Positions 8,040 to 16,899 of a stretch of 64,000 bases of DNA are shown here, one piece after another (position 1 is the first letter of the stretch; each line of letters begins with the position of its first letter). Position numbers and translations under genes: made by a program. The DNA lies in assembly GCA_036961455.1 (NCBI GenBank), contig JBALVN010000001.1:403337-467336 (forward strand), in the 5' to 3' direction. The notes beneath the pieces are model-generated. The model worked only from the letters and a program-made list of their open reading frames with translations, was not told where the DNA came from and did not search any database. Source of the DNA: Halioglobus sp. (GTDB taxonomy: Bacteria; Pseudomonadota; Gammaproteobacteria; Pseudomonadales; Halieaceae).

Positions 8040-9737
8040 ATGGAAAATCGTATGGCATCGTTCTTTACTGAGCTCAGGCGCCGGCACGTTGTCAAGGTTG
8101 CGGTCGCCTATGTTGTCACCGGGTGGCTTGTGGCCCAGGCCGCGGAGTTTTTGCTCGAGAGTTTTTCCACACCTGAATGGATCCTGCAGACGCTGATTGT
8201 CTTGCTGCTTTTGGGCTTTCCCATTGCCATTGTGCTGGCATGGGCGTTTGAACTTACCCCCGATGGTGTCCAACTCGACAGCGCTGTCGAAGACAAGCCT
8301 CTTCTGCAAGCCGCTGATGCTCAACTCGGCTTGCTCGTTAACTCTCCCGAACACTCTATCGCGGTGCTTCCTTTTGCTGACATGTCTCCCGATCACGACC
8401 AGGAGTATTTTTCAGATGGCCTGACTGAAGAGTTGCTCAACCTTTTGTCGAAGGTTTCAGGCTTGCATGTTGCGTCGCGCACCTCGGCTTTTTCCTTCAA
8501 GGGCAGGCAAGAGGATATTTGTGAGATAGCACAGAAGCTGCGCGTCAGGCATGTGCTCGAGGGCAGCGTTCGCAAAGCGGGTGATCAGTTACGCATTACT
8601 GCTCAGCTGATCAAGGCGCAGGATGGTTATCATCTTTGGTCCGAGACTTACGATCGCTCAATAGAAAATGTGTTTGCGGTTCAGGATGAAATCGCGCGAG
8701 CTGTGGTGGAGTCCCTCAAGTTGCAGTTGCTGGGCGAGGCGCCGGTGGTTCGTGAAACCAGTTCGGAAGCCTACAACCTCTATCTGCAGGCGATGCATCT
8801 TAAAATGCATCGAACACCTGACTCGCTAAATCTGGCCATGGACTACCTGGAGCGGGCGGTTGCTATAGATCCCGAGTACGCTCCGGCCTGGGCGTTATTG
8901 TCGGAGGTTTATGCTTTACGCGGTGGCTCCAGTGGGTCCGGTTGGGAGGAGGGTGTGGCGGCCAGTCGCAAGGCGCTCGAGCGCGCCCTGGAGCTGGATA
9001 CTGAGATTGCTGGCGCCTGGGTAAGCCAGGGGCAGCTTAAAAGTTATTACGAGTGGGATTGGGAAGGGGCGCGCAAGGACCTGGAACGCGCCCGCACACT
9101 GGCGCCGAACAACAGCGGCGTCTACGTGGCGCAGGCACGTCTGGCGCGCCACGAAGGCCGTTTGGAAGATTCTGTTGCGCTCTGTGACCAGGCCATTGCA
9201 CTGGACCCCATCAACCAGGACGCACATAGCGACAGGGCACGGGCGCTTTACTATCTGGGGCGATTGGAGGAGGCGGAGGCGGGGTTTCAGGCGCTCATGA
9301 CCTTGAACCCTTTACACCATAATGCCTTTGGCTTTTTGCGTCGGATCGATGCGGCGCGTGGCAACCTGGATCGCGCCCTGGAGCGAGACACAACCTTTAT
9401 TCCCTTCTGGTCTGATTTCAACTGGCTGGTGTTGGGCTATCGTTACCAGCGTACACAGGAGTGCGAGGCAAAACTCGCCGCTTTCGTCGACGCAAACGCG
9501 GATGAGGGCGCGTTCCAGATCGCTGAAATATACGCCTTTGCCGGTGAAGCAGATATCGCCTTTGAATGGCTGGAACTCTCCGTCAAGCAGCGAGACCCCG
9601 GTCTCACCGATGAGCTGTTGTCGACTGAAACGCTGCGAGGCTTGCACGATGACGCCCGCTGGGAGCCCCTGGTTGCAAGGCTTGGTCTTCTCGATGCTTA
9701 CCGGGCAATGCCCGGGGACAGTTTACTTAATTCCTAG
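8040..9737 (+). CDS. membrane-anchored TPR-repeat protein with TolB-N-like periplasmic domain
   Basis: There is an N-terminal TM helix. The IAVLPFADMSPDHDQEYFSDGLTEELL motif is typical of this family, and the C-terminal part has multiple TPR-like repeats. An alternative start, MASFF, is at 8052. The last 8 codons and the stop lie inside the MITE at 9714. Confidence 0.8.
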   Translation: MENRMASFFTELRRRHVVKVAVAYVVTGWLVAQAAEFLLESFSTPEWILQTLIVLLLLGFPIAIVLAWAFELTPDGVQLDSAVEDKPLLQAADAQLGLLVNSPEHSIAVLPFADMSPDHDQEYFSDGLTEELLNLLSKVSGLHVASRTSAFSFKGRQEDICEIAQKLRVRHVLEGSVRKAGDQLRITAQLIKAQDGYHLWSETYDRSIENVFAVQDEIARAVVESLKLQLLGEAPVVRETSSEAYNLYLQAMHLKMHRTPDSLNLAMDYLERAVAIDPEYAPAWALLSEVYALRGGSSGSGWEEGVAASRKALERALELDTEIAGAWVSQGQLKSYYEWDWEGARKDLERARTLAPNNSGVYVAQARLARHEGRLEDSVALCDQAIALDPINQDAHSDRARALYYLGRLEEAEAGFQALMTLNPLHHNAFGFLRRIDAARGNLDRALERDTTFIPFWSDFNWLVLGYRYQRTQECEAKLAAFVDANADEGAFQIAEIYAFAGEADIAFEWLELSVKQRDPGLTDELLSTETLRGLHDDARWEPLVARLGLLDAYRAMPGDSLLNS

Positions 9738-9887
9738 GGTGCGCTGGTTCTTTCCATCAGATCTGTGCCAATGGGATGACTTTGGGGTAGTGCCGACGGT
9801 TTCGTCGAGCAATTGCAGCGACTCACCGGCAAAGCGCTGATCAAGCGAAAGTTGGGGCCAAAGTGTTGTATTGGGTAAACTGTCCCC
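9714..9887 (+). mobile_element. 174-bp MITE-like derivative of the RAYT element
   Basis: IR-L GGGGACAGTTTACTTAA is at 9714-9730 and IR-R TTGGGTAAACTGTCCCC at 9871-9887. The interior keeps the last 28 transposase codons (DGFVEQLQRLTGKALIKRK..). Confidence 0.85.
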
Positions 9888-9899
9888 TTACACCCTGGT

Positions 9900-10331
9900 T
9901 TATTTCTTTTTTGCGTACTTAACCATTTCCCGGTAGGTCATATAGCTATCACAGGCAGTTTCAGTCTCCTCATCTAGGTGAAAGAAATTGTTGAGATCAT
10001 TCTCCGGGTTATCAGAATATACAATCGCCTTCACAAGTTTGTTGTAGGCCTGTCTGTCGCTTGCTTTTGTTGCAGCCAGCATAATACCAACTGAATCCAG
10101 AATACTGTTAAAGCCGGCTTCTCCACCTAGTTCAGCCAGTTCCTTGCTAATTAGATTCATTCCATCCAGGCAAGATCCATTTGCTACTGCTTTTCCCTTT
10201 TTCATGTTTCGTTCGGTGAGCTTCTTAACTACTTCCTTTTTGTATGACTCCTCAAATGATGCAGCCGAAACAAACTGTGCAGTAGTCATGCAGAGTGCAA
10301 ACGCCAAAAGTGACTTTATAAAAATTCCCAT
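9900..10331 (-). CDS. secreted hypothetical protein (AT-rich orphan)
   Basis: It has a signal peptide (LLAFALCMTTAQFVSA) and is Lys-rich. The gene is visibly more AT-rich than its neighbours. Confidence 0.5.
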   Translation of the reverse strand: MGIFIKSLLAFALCMTTAQFVSAASFEESYKKEVVKKLTERNMKKGKAVANGSCLDGMNLISKELAELGGEAGFNSILDSVGIMLAATKASDRQAYNKLVKAIVYSDNPENDLNNFFHLDEETETACDSYMTYREMVKYAKKK

Positions 10332-10448
10332 TAATTTATCTCCGGATTAGTTTTTTGTCTGAGAGTAATAATGGTTCTTTAGAGTGTCAGGATATATGAC
10401 AGGAAGCGCCACTAGCATGACGCCAGGCGACAGAATTCATTGCTGTAC

Positions 10449-11262
10449 GGGGACAGTTTACTTAACTCCTAGGGTGTGCGGTTCTTTCCATCATATCTGT
10501 GCCAATGGGATGACTTTGGGGTATGGCAGTTGTAGCCTCCGTGGATCTAGTTGGTTATCACTGATGGCGCCTGGTGCGTGGTGGATTCATATGGCAAGGA
10601 TGCCCAGACTGGTGGTGCCGGGGTTGCCCCATCATGTGACGCAGCGTGGTGCTCGGCGCATGAAGACTTTCTTCAATTCGAGCGATTATCTTAGGTATCT
10701 CGATCTAATAGTTGAGTATAGAGAGTTGGCAGGTGCGGATATCTGGGCCTATTGCTTAATGCCAAATCATGTTCATTTGGTGGTAGTGCCACAGGATAAA
10801 GATAGCCTCGCGGTTCTGTTTCGCCATGTCCACCGGCGCTATACGCGGGAAATTAACGTCCGTGAAGGTTGTACCGGACATCTCTGGCAGGAACGCTATC
10901 ATTCGTTTGTGATGGACGAGAATCACTTGTTGGCCACTGTCCGATACGCAGAGCTGAACCCTGTGCGGGCGAAGTTGTGTGACCGTGCAGAGGATTGGCC
11001 CTGGTCAAGCGTTCATGCGCATCTGGCCGAAGAGGACGATGCCGTCGTTTCAGTTGCGCCCATGCTGCAGCGCGTATCAGATTGGACCGCTTATCTGTCG
11101 CAGACTCAAAATAACGATGAACTGGAACGTATTCGGGCGCATGGGCGATCCGGCCGTCCAGCGGGCGATGACGGTTTTGTCGAGCATTTGCAGTTCCTCA
11201 CCGGCAAAGCGCTGATTAGGCGAAAGTCAGGCCCTAAGCATCGTATTGAGTAAACTGTCCCC
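10449..11262 (+). mobile_element. full-length RAYT/IS200-like element bounded by 17-nt inverted repeats
   Basis: IR-L GGGGACAGTTTACTTAA (10449-10465) and IR-R TTGAGTAAACTGTCCCC (11246-11262) enclose the transposase ORF. The ORF's TAA stop (11251-11253) is part of IR-R. Confidence 0.85.
10591..11253 (+). CDS. REP-associated tyrosine transposase (RAYT) / IS200-like HUH-Y1 transposase
   Basis: It has LPHHVTQRG, the HUH motif PNHVHLVV, WQERYHS, and the catalytic-Tyr region VRYAELNPVRA...WPWSS. The architecture matches E. coli RayT/YafM. The ATG at 10591 is preferred because the 10384 extension reads through IR-L. Confidence 0.85.
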   Translation: MARMPRLVVPGLPHHVTQRGARRMKTFFNSSDYLRYLDLIVEYRELAGADIWAYCLMPNHVHLVVVPQDKDSLAVLFRHVHRRYTREINVREGCTGHLWQERYHSFVMDENHLLATVRYAELNPVRAKLCDRAEDWPWSSVHAHLAEEDDAVVSVAPMLQRVSDWTAYLSQTQNNDELERIRAHGRSGRPAGDDGFVEHLQFLTGKALIRRKSGPKHRIE

Positions 11263-11342
11263 TTTCACGAAGTGATAGCGGGGCTTTTCAAATTGTATAT
11301 ACAAAATAAGTTTGCAATAGAAGCTCTGCGGCATACAATTGA

Positions 11343-11462
11343 ATGCGATACGAATGGGATGAAGCGAAAGCCACTGTAAATCATGCCAAGCATGGCGTGG
11401 CTTTTGAAATGGTGAAAGACTTCGAGTGGGAGTCAGCGCTAGTGAACGAGAAATCAGCAACT
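11343..11462 (+). pseudogene. brnT: BrnT (DUF497) toxin remnant, N-terminal ~35 codons only
   Basis: MRYEWDEAKATVNHAKHGVAFEMVKDFEWESALV matches the BrnT N-terminus (WDExKxxxNxxKHGxxF). The remaining ~55 codons are absent, and the frame runs straight into brnA. Confidence 0.6.
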
Positions 11463-11825
11463 ATGAAAAAGCCAGCAGGAAAACGTAAGTTGGTACGTCC
11501 AACGCCTGAGCAAAATGAACAGATCAATGCCGGTATTGCCGCAGACCCGGATACCCGGGAACTGACTGCAAAGGATTTCGAACGAATGCGCCCGGCTGCG
11601 GATGTTCACCCTGAGATAGTAGAGGCCTATCGTCGCTCTCGTGGTAAGCAGAAGGCGCCCACCAAGATCGCAACGTCAATTCGGTTAAGTCCAGATGTTC
11701 TAGCCGCCTATAAGCAAACCGGGGCAGGATGGCAACGCCGGATTGACGAAGATCTGCAGAAGATTGTGGCCAGGCGCAAAGTTAAACAGTCTCCACGGAA
11801 ACGTGGCGGGGGACAGTTTACTTAA
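11463..11825 (+). CDS. brnA: BrnA-family antitoxin
   Basis: GIAADPDTRELTAKDFERMRPA...SIRLSPDVLAAYKQTGAGWQRRIDEDL matches the BrnA/COG3514 pattern. The stop TAA (11823-11825) is the last 3 nt of the IR-L of the next MITE. Confidence 0.7.
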   Translation: MKKPAGKRKLVRPTPEQNEQINAGIAADPDTRELTAKDFERMRPAADVHPEIVEAYRRSRGKQKAPTKIATSIRLSPDVLAAYKQTGAGWQRRIDEDLQKIVARRKVKQSPRKRGGGQFT

Positions 11826-11982
11826 CTCCCGGGGTGCATTGCTTCGTTTCATCAGATCTGTGCCAATGGGATGACTCCGGGGTAGTGCAGACGGTTTCGT
11901 TGAGCATTTGCAGTTACTCACCGGCAAAGATCTGATCAAGTGAAAGCTGGGGCCAAGGCGCTGTATTGAGTAAACTGTCCCC
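11809..11982 (+). mobile_element. 174-bp MITE-like derivative of the RAYT element
   Basis: IR-L is at 11809-11825 and IR-R TTGAGTAAACTGTCCCC at 11966-11982. Its internal structure matches the copy at 9714. Confidence 0.85.
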
Positions 11983-12005
11983 GTAGACCAGAGTGAGGGC
12001 AACGC

Positions 12006-12815
12006 ATGCTAGTAGAAGAACATAATTGGGAATTTCTTCAGGTTGAGCGCAAGGGGCGCGTATTGACGGTGCGCTTCGACGGCGGCAACAAGGTCAATGC
12101 GCTGAGCAACGCCCTGATGCGTGAACTGATTGCCTTGCCGCAGATGCTGGAGGACGATGCTGAGCTGAGCGCCGTGGTGCTAATGGGGCAGGATTCGATT
12201 TTCAGCGGCGGCATGGACCTGAAGGATCCGGATAACGTTCGTGTGCGCGACATGACCGTGGCGCAACGGCGCAAGTTGGTGCAGTTGGGGCCGAGAATGT
12301 GTGCAGCCTGGGAAGCCATTGAACCGGTAACCATTGCCGCCATTGAAGGCTGGTGTGTCGGTGGTGGCATGGCCCTGATCAGCGCCTGTGACTGGCGTGT
12401 GGCATCAACGCAAACCCAACTCTATGTTCCCGAACTGCGTCTGGGCATGAACATGAGCTGGCAGAGTGTGCCACGCTTTGTCAGCCTGATCGGGCCGGCA
12501 AAAACCAAGCAGTTACTCATTCTTGCCGAGCCGCTGGATGCCTCTACAGCGCATCAGTGGGGTTTGGTGGATTATCTCGCCGAACCGGGAAACTGCTACG
12601 CCATGGCGATGGAACTTGCTGACAAGGTGGCGGCCATGCCGCCTATTCCCGTGCGTATGGCCAAGCAGGGCATCAACAAGGCTGCCAACGCGTTAAACGA
12701 TGCAACCAGCTTTATGGACGCAGACCAGTTTCTGCTCGCGCAGGCGACGGAAGACGCGGTTGAGGGACCACGCGCGTTCTTTGAAAAACGTGCACCCAAA
12801 TTTGAGGGGAATTAG
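12006..12815 (+). CDS. enoyl-CoA hydratase/isomerase (crotonase) family protein
   Basis: It shows the crotonase fold signature (..FSGGMDLKD.., ..IAAIEGWCVGGGMALISACD..). Confidence 0.8.
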   Translation: MLVEEHNWEFLQVERKGRVLTVRFDGGNKVNALSNALMRELIALPQMLEDDAELSAVVLMGQDSIFSGGMDLKDPDNVRVRDMTVAQRRKLVQLGPRMCAAWEAIEPVTIAAIEGWCVGGGMALISACDWRVASTQTQLYVPELRLGMNMSWQSVPRFVSLIGPAKTKQLLILAEPLDASTAHQWGLVDYLAEPGNCYAMAMELADKVAAMPPIPVRMAKQGINKAANALNDATSFMDADQFLLAQATEDAVEGPRAFFEKRAPKFEGN

Positions 12816-12821
12816 ATTACT

Positions 12822-12995
12822 GGGACAGTTTACCTAACTCCCGGGGGTGCATTGCTTCGGTCCATCAGCTCTGTGCTGATGGGATGGCTCCGGGGCAGAG
12901 CAGACGGTTTCGTCGAGCAATTACAGCTGCTCACCGGCAAAGAGCTGATCAAGCGCAAGCCGGGGCCAAGGCGCTGTATTAAGTAAACTGTCCCC
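12822..12995 (+). mobile_element. 174-bp MITE-like derivative of the RAYT element
   Basis: IR-L GGGACAGTTTACCTAA is at 12822-12837 and IR-R TTAAGTAAACTGTCCCC at 12979-12995. It fills the whole gap between two convergent genes. Confidence 0.85.
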
Positions 12996-15880
12996 TACAA
13001 AACGTTACCGCTGGCATCCAGCTCAACGATTTCATAGCCCAGTTTCTGCAGTCCGGGAAGAATGGTCTGCTTATCTCCCACCACCACGATAATCATGTCA
13101 TCCACATCGAGGTGCTCTTTAGCCAAAGCATTGATTTCTTCCTGGCTAATGCCGGCAAGGATCTCGTCCTGCTTGTCCACAAAGTCATCGTCCAGGTTGT
13201 ACTCAACAATACGCGACAGGAATGCCAGCTTTTGTGTGGGTGTTTCATAGCGCCGGGCATCACGCTGGCCAATTGCGTTTTTGGTGAAGCTTAGCTCGGG
13301 CTCTGTAATACCGTTTTCGACGTAGTGACGAATTTCCTTTTCGAACTGCACGATCGAATCCTGGGTTGCGCCGGTGCGCACGGCGGCGCTGGCAACGTAA
13401 GTGCCGTAATCGTGTTCCCCATTAAATCCAGACCGGGCGCCATAGGAATAGCCTTTGTCTTCACGCAGGTTCAGGTTGATGCGGCTGTTGAAGGCCCCAC
13501 CCAACACGAAGTTCATCAGGCCTGCGCGGTAGAATTCGCCGGTTGCGTCATAAGTGAGCGAGCGCTTGACGATGCGTATTTCAGATTGCGCAGCCCCTGG
13601 CTTGTCGACCAGGTAAAGTTTGCTGCCGTCAATTTCAGGGAAAGGTTTCAGTGCAACACGGGTGACTTCGGCGCCATCCCAAGTGTCAAAAACCGTCAGT
13701 TTTTTGACCAATGCCTTGCGATCATAGTTGCTGACGGCAACCATTGAGGCGATTTTGGGCGAGTAATTCGCCGCGTAGAATGCTTTCACATCATCCAGGG
13801 TGATCTCGCTTATCGTCTCAACGGTGCCCATGTTCAGGTAAGCGAATGCGTTGTCCCTGCCGAACAGCAATTGTTGATACACGCTGGCCACGGTAGCGGC
13901 GGCATCGGTTTTACTACTCTGGATGCCCTGCAGGAATTGCGCCTGTACGCGCGTAAAATCATCAGTATCGAATTTTGGCTGCAACAATTTTTCCGCGGCA
14001 ATGGCCAGGGTCGCATCAAGGTTCTCGCTAAGGCTGCGAATGGCCATGGTCGTGCTGTTGTTGTTAGCTGCGAACGCAATGGTCGAGCCCAGCTTCTGCA
14101 AGCGATTACTGAGATCTTCGTTGCTCGATTTCAGTGTTGCTTCATTCATCATCGCGGCCGTGATTGCCGCCAGGCCAAGTTTTTCCAGTGGTTCGTCGCG
14201 CTGGCCAACGTCCATGCTCAGACGGATGGTCGTTGTTGGCGTTTCGTCATTGACCGCGCCCAGCACGTTCACACCATTGCCTAGCTCAGTTCGCCAGATG
14301 CTGGGCAATGTAGTGCTGGGGTTCTCGCCAGCCGGGGGCTGTATGCTGCGATCAAAATCATCTTCCGCGCGGCGGTAAGCCAGGTCGGCTTCACTGGTTG
14401 CTTTGTAGTCCGGCAAGGTCCGCTGGTAGCGCGACCAGGTGTCTGGCCCTGCAATTTGGTCCAGCTGGTCGTGTGGCACTGTGCTCATGACCACCGCAGG
14501 CTTGCCGACGATGTACTGTTTGTACACCCGCATCACGTCTGCTTCCGTCACGTTTTCATAGCGGGCGATGTTTTGGGCAATGTAATCGGGATTACCCTCA
14601 TAGGTTTCGTAGGAAGCCAGTTGCGAGACCTTGCCAGCGACGCTTTCCAGACTGTAAATCATGCTGGAGACAATGTTCATTTTCACCCGTATCAAGTCAT
14701 CGTCATTGACGCCGCGCCCTTCAAATTCAGCTAGGGAATCGCGGGTAATTTTTTCCAGGTCGGCTAGTGTTTTGCCATTGGCCGGGTTGGGCAGGGCGAC
14801 GATGGTGAAGGTGCAAAGTAATTCTGCGCAACCATGGTTGGAGCTTGCCTGCACCGCAAGGCCGTTTTTGACCATGTTTTTGTAAAGTAACGAGGTTTCA
14901 CCCTGGCCCAGAATGAACATCAGCACGTCCAGTGGCGCCTCGTCCGGGTGGTGCAGGCTGACAGTAGGAAATGCCATGTACAGCATGGGCAACGACACAC
15001 GGTCTTCCATGGAGATATAGCGGTCACTGTCCAGCTCAACCACGGGCTTTTCAGGGTTGGCCACCTCAGGCCCGCGTGGAATGGAGCCGTAATATTTGGC
15101 TACCCAGCGCAACGCCTGGGCTTCATCGAAGTCGCCGCCAATGGTGAGGGCGGCATTGTTCGGCCCGTACCAGCGCAGGAAGAATTTCTTCAGGTCGTTA
15201 ACATCAACCCGGTCCAGGTCTTCCAGGTAGCCGATAGTCGACCATGAGTAAGGATGGCCCTCCGGGTGCAGGGCCTCGCCAACGCGCTCTCTTACCAGCC
15301 CATAGGGGCGATTGTCGTAACTCTGTCCGCGCTCATTCTTGACCGTTTCACGCTGAATTTCGAATTTTTTCTGTGTCACCGCGTCCAGCAGGAAACCCAT
15401 CCGGTCTGCTTCCAGCCACAACATCTTTTCCAGCTGGTTGGAGGGGACTGTTTGAAAATAATTGGTGCGATCAGTGTTGGTGGTGCCATTTAGCGTGCCG
15501 CCAGACTCAGACACAATCTTGAAATGGCCTTCATCGGCTACGTTCTCAGAGCCCTGGAACATCATGTGTTCAAAAAAGTGCGCAAAGCCTGATTTTCCAA
15601 CCTCTTCACGCCCCGAGCCCACGTGATAGGTCACGTCAACATGGACCAGTGGGTCGGAATTGTCCTCATGCAGAATGACGGTGAGTCCGTTATCCAGCCG
15701 GTATTTTTTGTAGGGAATGATGAGCTGATCGGCCGTTTCCCGCTCCACAGACTCAACAAATGTGATGCCATCGGGCAGCGCTGGCTGGGTGGCGACCGCC
15801 GCAGGTTCGGTTTTTGGCTGACAGCCAGCGAGAGCCAGCAGTAGGACTGAGAAGATGAGGGAAAGTGGCAAAAATTTCAT
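12995..15880 (-). CDS. M16-family (pitrilysin/insulinase-like) zinc peptidase, lipoprotein signal
   Basis: It carries the HFFEHMMFQG inverted zincin motif HxxEH and the LLLALAGC lipobox. At 961 aa it has duplicated M16 halves. Confidence 0.9.
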   Translation of the reverse strand: MKFLPLSLIFSVLLLALAGCQPKTEPAAVATQPALPDGITFVESVERETADQLIIPYKKYRLDNGLTVILHEDNSDPLVHVDVTYHVGSGREEVGKSGFAHFFEHMMFQGSENVADEGHFKIVSESGGTLNGTTNTDRTNYFQTVPSNQLEKMLWLEADRMGFLLDAVTQKKFEIQRETVKNERGQSYDNRPYGLVRERVGEALHPEGHPYSWSTIGYLEDLDRVDVNDLKKFFLRWYGPNNAALTIGGDFDEAQALRWVAKYYGSIPRGPEVANPEKPVVELDSDRYISMEDRVSLPMLYMAFPTVSLHHPDEAPLDVLMFILGQGETSLLYKNMVKNGLAVQASSNHGCAELLCTFTIVALPNPANGKTLADLEKITRDSLAEFEGRGVNDDDLIRVKMNIVSSMIYSLESVAGKVSQLASYETYEGNPDYIAQNIARYENVTEADVMRVYKQYIVGKPAVVMSTVPHDQLDQIAGPDTWSRYQRTLPDYKATSEADLAYRRAEDDFDRSIQPPAGENPSTTLPSIWRTELGNGVNVLGAVNDETPTTTIRLSMDVGQRDEPLEKLGLAAITAAMMNEATLKSSNEDLSNRLQKLGSTIAFAANNNSTTMAIRSLSENLDATLAIAAEKLLQPKFDTDDFTRVQAQFLQGIQSSKTDAAATVASVYQQLLFGRDNAFAYLNMGTVETISEITLDDVKAFYAANYSPKIASMVAVSNYDRKALVKKLTVFDTWDGAEVTRVALKPFPEIDGSKLYLVDKPGAAQSEIRIVKRSLTYDATGEFYRAGLMNFVLGGAFNSRINLNLREDKGYSYGARSGFNGEHDYGTYVASAAVRTGATQDSIVQFEKEIRHYVENGITEPELSFTKNAIGQRDARRYETPTQKLAFLSRIVEYNLDDDFVDKQDEILAGISQEEINALAKEHLDVDDMIIVVVGDKQTILPGLQKLGYEIVELDASGNVL

Positions 15881-16051
15881 AAAGTTACAGCCGAACCGGC
15901 GTTTCCTGTTGGGGTAATCGGGTAGTTGACCATGAAATTCACGCAGGGTTCAACACAGTTGCCGATTCCAGACTAAGATGTCCATATTGGGGATAGATCA
16001 CAGGCAATTCCAGCACCGGGGCTAGAGGCATAGGCTGAACCTGCATCTGTT

Positions 16052-16078
16052 CACATGAATGGGTGGGTTTATGATCTG
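16052..16078 (+). repeat. direct repeat copy 1 flanking the parE-phd cassette
   Basis: CACATGAATGGGTGGGTTTATGATCTG recurs at 16900-16928. The core is 20/20 identical, with weaker similarity over ~55 bp. Confidence 0.7.
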
Positions 16079-16125
16079 CTACAGACGGGCTGTCAGGGTA
16101 ACCGCAGTAAGGAAGAGATTTACCG

Positions 16126-16452
16126 CTAAACCGCCAACAGTCGGCTCTGCAGCAAGGTCTCCATGTCTCTGCGGCCATCTGCAATCAGTAAGACGCAGAC
16201 ATCCTTGCGCCGAATCGTATAGATGATTCGATAAGGTTTGAAAAAAACCTGGCGGTAATCGCCTAATCCTAGCGCCAGCAGTTCTCTGGGACGGTTGCCT
16301 CGCTCGGGTGATTCGGATAGACGCTGTAGGACGGCTTCAATTTTATTCAGGACGTAGTCCGCTTTCTCAGCGGATTCGCCTGCCGCAAGATATTCGTCGA
16401 GTTCTTCGAGATCCCGAACTGCATCCCGGGTGAGGAAAACCAGGTAGCTCAT
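16126..16452 (-). CDS. parE: ParE/RelE-family type II toxin
   Basis: It has typical ParE features (..YRIIYTIRRKDVCVLLIADGRRD..). It overlaps the upstream antitoxin gene by 4 nt. Confidence 0.8.
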   Translation of the reverse strand: MSYLVFLTRDAVRDLEELDEYLAAGESAEKADYVLNKIEAVLQRLSESPERGNRPRELLALGLGDYRQVFFKPYRIIYTIRRKDVCVLLIADGRRDMETLLQSRLLAV

Positions 16453-16727
16453 TCCGGGTCTGTGCGACGGGCTCTTATCCTCTCTATGGCCGTCGATACC
16501 TCGACTACCTGCCCCGTCTCGATTTGTTGCTGACCCAGGGCAAGAAGCTTGAGGAGTGCTAGCGTCTGCTGAGTTTTTTCGTAGCTCTCGATGTCCTGTA
16601 CCACCATTTTCGCTTCACCGTTTTGTGTGATGATCATCGGCTCGCGTTGCTCTTGCAACTGATTGACCACATCTGATGCATTAGCCTTGAGGTAGGAAAT
16701 GGGTTTGATATTGGTAGAAGGCTTCAT
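16449..16727 (-). CDS. phd: Phd/YefM-family antitoxin
   Basis: The N-terminus is Phd/YefM-like (ISYLKANASDVVNQLQEQREPMIITQNGEAKMVVQDIESYE). Confidence 0.8.
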   Translation of the reverse strand: MKPSTNIKPISYLKANASDVVNQLQEQREPMIITQNGEAKMVVQDIESYEKTQQTLALLKLLALGQQQIETGQVVEVSTAIERIRARRTDPE

Positions 16728-16899
16728 GTTCGACTGATCTCGTAGGCACTGGTACGCAAAAGACTAAATATGGTCCTAATATGGTCTTCTCCCATCGGTC
16801 CGTCAAGTGGTTAATGGGGACGCATTTATTCTCCGTCGGCACTTATACCGAATTTGAATCGAGCCGCAACGCGGCGAAGAGCGCTCGTATCCACCCATC

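Noticed and set aside
10384-10590. An N-terminal 69-aa extension of the transposase ORF in the supplied track.
   Set aside because: The extension reads through IR-L and the non-coding left arm, which is shared with the MITE copies. The family N-terminus MARMPRLVVPGLPHHVTQRG begins at the ATG at 10591.
5440-12995. The repeated 17-mer as a possible CRISPR array.
   Set aside because: The copies occur as inverted pairs with variable spacing of 24-780 bp. The sequences between them are homologous to each other and to a transposase gene. There are no cas genes and no regular repeat-spacer periodicity.
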